Position numbers and translations under genes: made by a program. Source: Cytophagales bacterium (GTDB taxonomy: Bacteria > Bacteroidota > Bacteroidia > Cytophagales > Cytophagaceae). From it: 64,000 nt of DNA. Shown here one piece after another: positions 55,885-64,000 of the stretch. The notes under the pieces are model-generated. The model did no database searches, was not told the DNA's origin, and worked only from the letters and a program-made list of their open reading frames with translations. Every line of letters starts with the position of its first letter. The first letter of the stretch is position 1. Location of the stretch: the NCBI GenBank assembly GCA_004294225.1, contig REBA01000029.1:2648-66647 (forward strand). The letters run 5' to 3'.

Positions 55885-57156
55885 ATGCGTAATAAATTTA
55901 TTCCCAATAATACCAGTAAAAAAACCAAAGAATTTGAACTTTTTGAAATGCCCAGTGGCATTCGTATAGTTCATAAAAAAATGCAACATACTAAAATTGT
56001 TCATTGTGGCTTTATGCTTGATATAGGCACAAGAGATGAAACCTCTGCCAATGCTGGTATCGCTCATTTTTGGGAACATATGGCATTTAAAGGTACACAC
56101 AAAAGAAAAGCCTATCATATCATCAATAGGTTAGAAATTTTGGGAGGCGAACTCAATGCTTACACCACCAAAGACAAGATATGCATTTATTCTTCGGTAA
56201 TTCAAGAGCATTTTGAAACAGCCTTTGAATTGCTTGTGGATATCACATTCAACTCTATTTTTCCTGAGAAAGAAATAGAAAAAGAAAGAGGGGTAATATT
56301 AGAAGAAATGTCCATGTATATCGATCTTCCCGAAGATGCTATTTGCGATGAGTTTGAAAATATAGTATTCGCTTCTCACCCATTAGGCAAAAATATACTT
56401 GGTAATCAGAAAACAATCAAAAGTATTACTAGAGCAGATTTTATAAATTTTATTGAAAAACATTTAGATACTAATAAAGTAGTTTTTTCATCCGTAGGTA
56501 ATATCAATTCAGACACAGTAAGGCTTGTTGCAGAAAAATACTTATCACCAATTCCTAGTAAAACCTCAAGCTATAAAAGAAAATCATTTACTAAATATAA
56601 AGCTCAAAAGATAGAGTTGATTAAGCAATATTCTCAATCGCATTCAGTAATTGGAAGAGATGCTTATAATATTTTTCACAAAGAAAGATTATCACTATTT
56701 ATGCTTAGCAATATACTCGGAGGGCCAGGAATGAACTCTAGACTTAATCTCGCTTTGCGTGAACGCAGAGGCTTAGTCTATACTGTAGAAGCTACCTATA
56801 ATTCTTATGTAGATACAGGATTACTTTCGATTTATTTTGGAACAGAAAAAAAGAATTTAGAAAAAGCTCAAGAAATTATCGCCGCTGAATTAAATAAACT
56901 CAAAGATACTCCTTTAGGTACACTTCAATTAAGTGCTTATAAATCCCAATTGATAGGCCAATTAGCTATGGCAGAGGAAAGCAATGTTAGCCTTATGCAG
57001 ATGATGGCAAAAAGTATGTTGGATATGGGAGCCATTGAGGCATTAGAAGATATTTTTTATAAAATATCATTAATTACTTCAAATCAATTGCAATCCGTTG
57101 CTCAAGAAATTTTCCAAGAGCAAGAATTGAGTATATTGACCTATAAATCAGAATAA
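55885..57156 (+). CDS. M16-family (pitrilysin-like) zinc peptidase
   Basis: Has the inverted zinc motif 'HFWEHMAFKGT' (HxxEH) and 'GVILEEM'. Confidence 0.8.
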   Translation: MRNKFIPNNTSKKTKEFELFEMPSGIRIVHKKMQHTKIVHCGFMLDIGTRDETSANAGIAHFWEHMAFKGTHKRKAYHIINRLEILGGELNAYTTKDKICIYSSVIQEHFETAFELLVDITFNSIFPEKEIEKERGVILEEMSMYIDLPEDAICDEFENIVFASHPLGKNILGNQKTIKSITRADFINFIEKHLDTNKVVFSSVGNINSDTVRLVAEKYLSPIPSKTSSYKRKSFTKYKAQKIELIKQYSQSHSVIGRDAYNIFHKERLSLFMLSNILGGPGMNSRLNLALRERRGLVYTVEATYNSYVDTGLLSIYFGTEKKNLEKAQEIIAAELNKLKDTPLGTLQLSAYKSQLIGQLAMAEESNVSLMQMMAKSMLDMGAIEALEDIFYKISLITSNQLQSVAQEIFQEQELSILTYKSE

Positions 57157-57800
57157 TGGATTTTATTGACCCTAAATTAGAAGCCTATGTAGCTGCCCAT
57201 AGCGGAGAAGAACCAGCTATTCTGCAAAATCTAAATAGAGATACCTATGCCAATGTATTAATGCCGAGAATGCTCTCTGGGCATGTCCAAGGAAGGATAT
57301 TGGCTATGTTTTGTCAAATGATAGCGCCAAAGAGAATACTTGAATTAGGTACCTTTACAGGTTACTCAGCTATATGTTTGGCAGAAGGTCTTAAACCTGA
57401 TGGGCTACTCTATACCATTGATATTAATGAAGAGTTAGAAGAGATGGCTAAAACTTATTTTGAAAAAGCAGGAATATCAAGTCGTACCAAGCAATTTATT
57501 GGTAATGCCATTGAAATTATCCCTAAGCTTGACGAAGAGTTTGATTTAGTTTTTATCGATGCCGATAAATTGAACTATAGCAAATATTATGATTTAGTTT
57601 TCGATAAGCTAAAAATAGGAGGGTATATTATTGCAGATAACATACTCTGGAGTGGAAAAGTCCTTACTGAAGACCCCAAAGATAAAGACCTAGAAGCAAT
57701 AAAAATATATAATCAAAAAGTAAAAAATGATTCAAGAGTTTCTTGCGTTGTACTTCCCCTTCGTGATGGAATCTCTATCGTAAGAAAAAATTCAAACTAA
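57156..57800 (+). CDS. Class I SAM-dependent O-methyltransferase (caffeoyl-CoA OMT-like)
   Basis: Contains 'ILELGTFTGYSAICLA' and 'FDLVFIDADK'. It overlaps the M16 stop codon by 1 nt. Confidence 0.8.
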   Translation: MDFIDPKLEAYVAAHSGEEPAILQNLNRDTYANVLMPRMLSGHVQGRILAMFCQMIAPKRILELGTFTGYSAICLAEGLKPDGLLYTIDINEELEEMAKTYFEKAGISSRTKQFIGNAIEIIPKLDEEFDLVFIDADKLNYSKYYDLVFDKLKIGGYIIADNILWSGKVLTEDPKDKDLEAIKIYNQKVKNDSRVSCVVLPLRDGISIVRKNSN

Positions 57801-59807
57801 ATGGCTACAATGCAACACAGAGTATATTTAAGTATATTAATTAGCTTATTATTTCAAGTATTCAATACCCACGCACAGAAAATAATCATACCTGAAGCGA
57901 TGTACTTTGCAGGGATGAAGCTTAATCTCTCCAAAGGAGCTAGAGAAATCGTAGAGAAAGATTTTATAGCAATCACCAAGAATCAGAAATATTTTACTTC
58001 TATTACTCAAAGAGCAGATCTTTATTTCCCAATTATAGAAAAAGTTTTTAGAGAAGAGGCAACTCCTCCTGATTTTAAATACTTAGCCTTACAAGAAAGT
58101 AGTCTTCAATCTAATGTAGTTTCAAAATCTAATGCGGTAGGCTACTGGCAATTCAAAAAAGAATCAGCCATAGAAGTAGGACTGCAAGTAGATAGCGAGG
58201 TAGATGAGAGAATGAATATTGAAGCCTCTTCTAGAGGTGCTGCTAAATATCTTAAAAAAGGAAATCAAGTTCTAAATAATTGGGTTTACACTTTACTAGC
58301 CTATTACCTTGGTCGGGGTGGGGTAATGCCTTATGTAAAGGAAAAATATAGAAATTCCAACGAAATGGACATCGACGAAGAAATGAATTGGTATGTTCTT
58401 CGTTTTTTAGCTCATAAATATGCCTATGAAAGAGTAGTTGGGCAATTATCACATCCACAATTAAGGCTAGCTCTCTATCAAGATTGCAACGGAAAATCAT
58501 TGAAACAAATAGCTGAAGAAAAAAATATTGATAATTCTTTGATTGACGATTATAATAAATGGCTAATTACCAAAAAAGTACCCTTTGAGAGAACATATAC
58601 TGTTATTTTGCCATATAAAATTGATCAAGATTTATCAGGAGAAAATGTAGTTTTTGCTGATAAAACAGAAGTGCCACCAATAGTAATTTCACCTCCTATT
58701 CTAACACAAGAAAAACCTAGAAAGAAAAAAGATAAAAACAAAGCCCAATCTAAAGAAGAACTTGGCTTTGATCCTATAGACATCCCTCTTGTTACATCAC
58801 ACAATAAACTCAAAGCTATTCAAGCTAGAAACAAAGATTCTTTTGCAAAACTAGCCTATGCAGGAAATATTTCAGTTCCCCAACTTTTAGCACATAATGA
58901 TTTAGAAAGCTTTGATAAACCTGTTGCGGGGGAATTTTATTATCTCGAGCCAAAGAGAAATAAAGCCTTGGTAATGAACCATACAGTACAAAATGGAGAA
59001 ACAATTCAACAAATATCTCAAAAGTATGGTATCAGAATAGAAAGTATTAGGAAAAAAAACAGAATGAAAATGCATGAAAATGTATATGTAGGACAGTTGC
59101 TCTTCCTGACTAAAAAAATCTCAAAATCTGAGAAGAAACACCCTAGAACTACCCCTCTCTTTATTAAAAAATCAGAAGATACTCAAAGCCAAGAAATCAT
59201 TTCGTCAAAAAACGAAAGTCAGACTATTCCAACAACAACAATTGAGAAATCAGACTTAGAAAACAAATCTGTCCCCCCCCCAAGCCAAGCTGTTCCTAAA
59301 GATACCAATCGATTAGTGGTGATTGATACTAGGTCGGGAGATGACAAAGAAGATATAAAAGACAATACCGATAGCAAAAGCCCAATTACTTTGGCAACAT
59401 CAGAAGCAAATACCAACACATCCAATCCATCTGGCACTAAAATAACTTCTTATGATGTAATAAAAACTCAACTATTAAAGGATTCAATAACCCATCATAT
59501 CGTGCAATCAGGTCAAACTTTATATTTTATTTCTAGAACATATAGCACCCCAGTAGACTCCTTAAAAATTTGGAATAATCTTCAAGGTAATGAAATCAGT
59601 ATTGGAAGACAGCTTATTGTAAAAAAACAAAAAAATAAGCTTAGTGAAAGTTTGTCTGAGAATAATTCAATTTATATCGTAAAGCAAGGGGATACTATTT
59701 ATAGAATAGCAAGGATGTATGGTGTAAGTGTGGATGAAATATTGAAATGGAACAATAAAGAAACCATGATATTAAGTATTGGAGAAAACATTAAAATCTT
59801 AAAATAA
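57801..59807 (+). CDS. Lytic transglycosylase (SLT domain) with three LysM repeats (MltD-like)
   Basis: The SLT domain contains 'LALQESSLQSNVVSKSNAVGYWQF'. The LysM repeats are 'HTVQNGETIQQISQKYG', 'HIVQSGQTLYFISRTYS' and 'YIVKQGDTIYRIARMYG'. Confidence 0.8.
   Translation: MATMQHRVYLSILISLLFQVFNTHAQKIIIPEAMYFAGMKLNLSKGAREIVEKDFIAITKNQKYFTSITQRADLYFPIIEKVFREEATPPDFKYLALQESSLQSNVVSKSNAVGYWQFKKESAIEVGLQVDSEVDERMNIEASSRGAAKYLKKGNQVLNNWVYTLLAYYLGRGGVMPYVKEKYRNSNEMDIDEEMNWYVLRFLAHKYAYERVVGQLSHPQLRLALYQDCNGKSLKQIAEEKNIDNSLIDDYNKWLITKKVPFERTYTVILPYKIDQDLSGENVVFADKTEVPPIVISPPILTQEKPRKKKDKNKAQSKEELGFDPIDIPLVTSHNKLKAIQARNKDSFAKLAYAGNISVPQLLAHNDLESFDKPVAGEFYYLEPKRNKALVMNHTVQNGETIQQISQKYGIRIESIRKKNRMKMHENVYVGQLLFLTKKISKSEKKHPRTTPLFIKKSEDTQSQEIISSKNESQTIPTTTIEKSDLENKSVPPPSQAVPKDTNRLVVIDTRSGDDKEDIKDNTDSKSPITLATSEANTNTSNPSGTKITSYDVIKTQLLKDSITHHIVQSGQTLYFISRTYSTPVDSLKIWNNLQGNEISIGRQLIVKKQKNKLSESLSENNSIYIVKQGDTIYRIARMYGVSVDEILKWNNKETMILSIGENIKILK
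59273..59281 (+). repeat. Poly(C) tract of 9 nt within the MltD-like CDS, encoding VPPPS
   Basis: GTCCCCCCCCCAAG, read directly from the sequence. This is unusual in so AT-rich a sequence. Confidence 0.75.
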
Positions 59808-59900
59808 TTGCTATGTGATTTAATCAAAGAACATACGCTAATAATCATCGTATTCAATGGGTAATATATAATAAGTCAAACTATTTAATATTTTAACTAA

Positions 59901-61796
59901 TTGCAAAACACTTTGATAAATAATTCACAATCGATATTAAAGGTTTTTGATAACCTTGATGATGGAGTTATTATTGTAGATTTGCAACTTAGGGTTCAGT
60001 TCATCAACAGCACAGCAAAAGATATTCTTGGACTAGACGATTATTCTTTTCTTGGTTCCGAATTAGAAATTATTTACCATATTACCAATGAATTATATCA
60101 GCCTATTTTAAAAAATCAGTTAAATACAATTCTACATTCTCGTACAAAAGTAGTTGATAATGTTTTATTAACAAATCAGAATAATCGAGAATTTCTACTA
60201 CAGCAAACCCTCTGCCCTTTAATAGAAGACAATCATTGCACAGGTTTTCAGTTGATTATCAGAAAGCAACAAGAGGCAAATAATGATCCAATAAAAAAAT
60301 CAAAAACGTACTTGTCTGATTCTAATGCTCAGTCAAGTCATCATCAAACAAGCAAACAATTTTACAATCTGGCAGAGAAATCACCTGATATTATTTATAT
60401 TATTGATGTTCAAAAAAGAACTGTAGTTTATTTCAATAGGTCTGAACTCTTTGGTTATGATTGTAAACAACTAGAAGCACCAGAAGGATGGATAGAAATA
60501 GTTCATCCCGAAGACCTAAAAAAAGTTCAAGCACATTGGAATAAATTTATAAAAACTTCTTTAGAAACAGAATCTATTGAATATCGCATAAAGAAGAAGA
60601 ACGATGCCTATGAATGGGTACTTAATAGGCATTCTATTTTAGAAAAAACAGAAGATGGGGCACCACTTCTTATCCTATTGAACATTACAATTATTACTGA
60701 TAGAAAGTCTCAAGAACAAGCTTTAAAAACTAGTGAAAAAAGATTATTAGAATTAATTGAAAATACTCAAGACCTGATTTGGTCTATTGATACGGATTAT
60801 AATTTCACCATATTAAATTCTGCATTTAAGAATTGGATGAAGAATAACTATAAAACAATAGTAAATATTGGTGATAACTTATTAGATACACTACCCGAAA
60901 AGATAAATATCGAATGGCTAATGTTGCATAAAAAATCTCTTTTAGGAGAAAATTTTTCCACAGAAGTCAAGCTATTCAAGAAGAAACATGAACACCCATT
61001 TGAATTTGAATTTCATGCTATAAAAAATGAAAACGAAGAAGTTACAGCAGTGTTTGTAAATGCAAAAGACATTACCTCTAGAAAGAAAATTCAAAACGAT
61101 ATCATTAGAACCAATTTTGAATTAGACAGCTTTGTTTATCGTTCCTCCCATGACTTAAGAGCTCCACTCAGGTCAATACTCGGCCTTATTCAGGTGATTA
61201 GAAATGAAACAAGCAACGAACAAAGAAATAAATATTTTGAATTGATAGATAAGAGCATCAATAAGCTAGATGCTTTTATTATAGACCTTACCAATTTCTC
61301 CAGAAATAGTAGGTTAGAAGTAAAAAAAGAACTAATCAACTTTCAAGAAATTATAGATCAATGTCTTGAAAACTTACAGTACATGGAATATGCTAAAAGA
61401 ATAAAAGTAGGGATTCATATTCAAGGTCAAACCAACTATTATTCAGATCCTTCAAGACTTGGTATTATTTTTCAAAACTTACTTTCTAATGCTTTCAAAT
61501 ACTGTAATCCAAGAGCTGAAGAATCGTGGGTGAAAATTACAATTATTAATACATCATCTCATTGTTCAATAGCGGTAGAAGACAATGGACTTGGAATAAA
61601 AGACCAATACCTTAATCAAATATTTAATATGTTTTTTAGAGCAACCAACGATTCTTATGGTTCAGGACTTGGGCTTTACATTACTAAACAAGTAGTTGAA
61701 AAACTAGATGGACTAATCTCTGTAAGCTCATCATCTGGAATTGGAACAACATTTAATATAAAGTTAAATACAAAAAACAAACAGGTAAACAATTAA
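59901..61796 (+). CDS. PAS-domain sensor histidine kinase
   Basis: Has several PAS-like segments, the H-box 'SHDLRAPL' and the HATPase motifs 'LLSNAFKY', 'DNGLGI' and 'GSGLGLYITKQVVEKLDG'. The start codon is TTG. Confidence 0.85.
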   Translation: MQNTLINNSQSILKVFDNLDDGVIIVDLQLRVQFINSTAKDILGLDDYSFLGSELEIIYHITNELYQPILKNQLNTILHSRTKVVDNVLLTNQNNREFLLQQTLCPLIEDNHCTGFQLIIRKQQEANNDPIKKSKTYLSDSNAQSSHHQTSKQFYNLAEKSPDIIYIIDVQKRTVVYFNRSELFGYDCKQLEAPEGWIEIVHPEDLKKVQAHWNKFIKTSLETESIEYRIKKKNDAYEWVLNRHSILEKTEDGAPLLILLNITIITDRKSQEQALKTSEKRLLELIENTQDLIWSIDTDYNFTILNSAFKNWMKNNYKTIVNIGDNLLDTLPEKINIEWLMLHKKSLLGENFSTEVKLFKKKHEHPFEFEFHAIKNENEEVTAVFVNAKDITSRKKIQNDIIRTNFELDSFVYRSSHDLRAPLRSILGLIQVIRNETSNEQRNKYFELIDKSINKLDAFIIDLTNFSRNSRLEVKKELINFQEIIDQCLENLQYMEYAKRIKVGIHIQGQTNYYSDPSRLGIIFQNLLSNAFKYCNPRAEESWVKITIINTSSHCSIAVEDNGLGIKDQYLNQIFNMFFRATNDSYGSGLGLYITKQVVEKLDGLISVSSSSGIGTTFNIKLNTKNKQVNN

Positions 61797-61803
61797 TTAG
61801 CGA

Positions 61804-64000
61804 ATGGATAAAGTTGCTATTTTTGATGCACTATATAAATCTAGTCCTAATGCAATTATTGTATTAGAAGCTAACTTATTCCAGCAAATTTATGCCAACC
61901 GAAATGCCTTAAGCCAAAATATATCCTTAGCAATACTATCAGAGTTAATTGATAAAAATCATCAAATATCTTCATTTGAAGAGATAAAGAATAATGAAAC
62001 CTATAGAATAAATAATGAGCTTAACTTAGAATCATTGCAATATATTGATAATGAAAAAATAAGCTACCGATTGCTTCAAATAAATATCAGACTGGTAGTG
62101 TTAGAAGCACACAGCTATATGGTAATAGAAACAATTGTTCTTTTTGATACTAAAGAAAGTTCAGAAAATCAGAGTTTCTCTCAAAGATTGCTACAAAAAA
62201 CAATTGATTTATTTCCAGAACCAGTTTTTCTAAAAGATAATCAAAGAAGATTGATTATGGTGAATAAAACTTTTTTAGAATTTCACCAACTTGATCATAG
62301 CCAAGTAATAGGGAAAAAAGACGAGGATATAAAATCTAACAAAGAAGAATATCAGCGTTTTATTAGTGATGATTTAGAAGTAATCAATAATAGAACTTCT
62401 AAGCAAATTAATAAGGAATCATTCACTAATTTTCAGGGCAATAAAATAAGCCTACAAACTACCAAAGAGCCATTTTACTTTAATACAAATTCTGAAGATA
62501 ATCCAGGAATAATAGGCATAGCCATAGACATTACCGCTAAAATATCCTTTAAAGAACATTTGCTGAGCAATAAAAAAATGCAGCGTCAAATAGTGGATTT
62601 AGTGCCTCATATGATTTTTATTAAAGACGTTCAAGGCAGATATGTTTTCGTAAATAAAGAATTTTTAAAAAGAACAGGCTGGAAAGAATCCTATATTATC
62701 GGTAAAACGGCCTCAGACCTATACTCACCAAATAAAGCAGAAAGATATACAAGAGAAGATCAAGATGTGCTTTCTACCCTTCAAGAGAAAATAATTGAAA
62801 AAGAATTCGGCGGTAATTATCTGGGAGCACCATCAATATACAACGTTTTGAAACGTCCTTATTTTGACTACGAAACTAATCAATTTGGTATTTTAGCTAT
62901 TTGTACCGACTTGACTGAGAAAATGCGAAACAAAGAGTTGCTTGATCAACAAAAAAATATACTTAATGAAATAATTAATTTGCTTCCTCAAGAAATATAC
63001 CTGAAAGATGAGGATTCAAAGTTTATACTTGCCAATAAAGCTTGTGCAGAACTATTTCATTTATCAGCCGAAGAGCTTGTAGGTAAGACCGACTATGATC
63101 TTTTTGATAAAGAATTTGCAGAACAATTTTATCAAATAGAAAAAGACATAGCTCTAAAAGGAATTACAAAATACATCAAAGAAGAAACTTCCATTGACAA
63201 ATTCGGTGTAAAAAGAATCAAAAATGTGATTAAAATGCCATTTTACCTTAGTGATAAAAGAAAGAATGGAATTTTAGGAATAAATTTCGACATCACAGAA
63301 GAAAAAAATGCAGAGAAAAAAATTATAGACAGCGAAATAAGGTACAAATCCCTAATGGAACAGGCTTCAGACGGCATTTACCTGTCAGATGAAGAGGGCA
63401 ACATCATAGCAGCTAATCAAAAAGCTGCAGAAATATTTGGTTACGAGCTTGCAGAGTTCCAACAACAAAATATTAAAAAAATAGTTGCACCTGATTTTGA
63501 ACAACACCAAACCGTAAGAATGCCTTTTAGTGAAGACAAACAATCTCTAATTTTAGAAAGAAAATTCCAAAAGAAAGATGGTAGCTCTTTTACTGCCGAA
63601 CTCAGTGTGAAATTGCTTGAAGATGGAAAGCATCAAGCAATTTTAAGAGATGTAACCGAAAGAAAAAAACAAGAAAAAATTCTTGTTGATAATGAAAAGA
63701 AATTTAGGTTATTGATTGAAAACTCAAGCGATATCATCATTATTTTAAGCCAAAATTTTATTGTCAAATTTGTATCACCTTCTGTATATAAGTTATTGGG
63801 TTATAATGAGGAAAATCTCATTGGTAGTTCCATTCTTGGTTTGCTTAACGAAAATGATATTGAGCAAACCTCTCATTACCTCTCAAAAGTTTTGTCTAAT
63901 AAAAATCACCTTAATCTAGATGAATTAAAGATCAAAAATAATAACAACGAGTTTCAGTACTTCGAGACTGTAGCCGTAAATATGCTTGAAGATGAAAATA
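61804..64000 (+). CDS. Multi-PAS sensor protein, 3' end cut by the window edge
   Basis: Absent from the track because it runs off the right edge. Hand translation from ATG 61804 gives MDKVAIFDALYKSSPNAIIVLE... . In-frame checks at 62581 (QRQIVDLVPHMIFIKDVQGRYVFVNKEF), 63301 (..IRYKSLMEQASDGIYLSDEEGNII) and 63961 all remain open. Confidence 0.7.
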   Translation, partial: MDKVAIFDALYKSSPNAIIVLEANLFQQIYANRNALSQNISLAILSELIDKNHQISSFEEIKNNETYRINNELNLESLQYIDNEKISYRLLQINIRLVVLEAHSYMVIETIVLFDTKESSENQSFSQRLLQKTIDLFPEPVFLKDNQRRLIMVNKTFLEFHQLDHSQVIGKKDEDIKSNKEEYQRFISDDLEVINNRTSKQINKESFTNFQGNKISLQTTKEPFYFNTNSEDNPGIIGIAIDITAKISFKEHLLSNKKMQRQIVDLVPHMIFIKDVQGRYVFVNKEFLKRTGWKESYIIGKTASDLYSPNKAERYTREDQDVLSTLQEKIIEKEFGGNYLGAPSIYNVLKRPYFDYETNQFGILAICTDLTEKMRNKELLDQQKNILNEIINLLPQEIYLKDEDSKFILANKACAELFHLSAEELVGKTDYDLFDKEFAEQFYQIEKDIALKGITKYIKEETSIDKFGVKRIKNVIKMPFYLSDKRKNGILGINFDITEEKNAEKKIIDSEIRYKSLMEQASDGIYLSDEEGNIIAANQKAAEIFGYELAEFQQQNIKKIVAPDFEQHQTVRMPFSEDKQSLILERKFQKKDGSSFTAELSVKLLEDGKHQAILRDVTERKKQEKILVDNEKKFRLLIENSSDIIIILSQNFIVKFVSPSVYKLLGYNEENLIGSSILGLLNENDIEQTSHYLSKVLSNKNHLNLDELKIKNNNNEFQYFETVAVNMLEDEN

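Noticed and set aside
1-64000. tRNA, rRNA, tmRNA, riboswitch or CRISPR features
   Set aside because: I scanned the intergenic regions by eye for GC-rich ~75-nt blocks, T-loop-like GGTTCGAA motifs, short regularly spaced repeats and known riboswitch cores. I found none, though a covariance-model scan could still reveal small RNAs.

Overview
This is an AT-rich chromosomal segment that looks like Bacteroidota. Supporting signs are four type-A and one type-B T9SS C-terminal sorting domains, a PorP/SprF gene, TAnnTTTG -7 boxes, and many starts without a Shine-Dalgarno sequence. I see about 60 protein genes and found no rRNA, tRNA, CRISPR array or transposase. All product calls come from reading motifs in the translations by eye; no HMM or BLAST search was possible. 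Most of the window is housekeeping or envelope functions: pabB, Nif3, lpxK, zapA, rny, purU, waaA, rsgA, peptidases, an MltD-like LysM transglycosylase and PAS histidine kinases. Five things stand out. (1) A five-gene minus-strand operon (22982-15442) encodes a SiaA/SiaB/SiaC-like phosphatase, kinase and DUF1987 partner-switch module. It has no diguanylate cyclase and is instead followed by a 1028-aa ABCG-type transporter with extra N- and C-terminal regions. The likely phospho-acceptor motif YFNT[A/T]SSK occurs in both the DUF1987 protein and the transporter tail. (2) A small cassette-like array (35.7-38.3 kb) has unrelated ORFs, including a zeta-toxin-like ATPase, each preceded by a ~287-bp direct repeat and followed by a conserved hairpin-containing module. 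(3) A DUF4625, TonB-dependent receptor and BNR/T9SS cluster carries three copies of a 7-1-7 palindrome (TGCAACAnTGTTGCA), and the receptor gene contains a 16-17 nt poly(A) tract. (4) A TPR/PD40/OmpA gene downstream of a type-B T9SS cargo and PorP pair is split by a -1 frame change exactly at an A_AAA_AAT heptamer. (5) There is a HigBA-type toxin-antitoxin pair and an orphan isoprenoid-synthase-fold gene.
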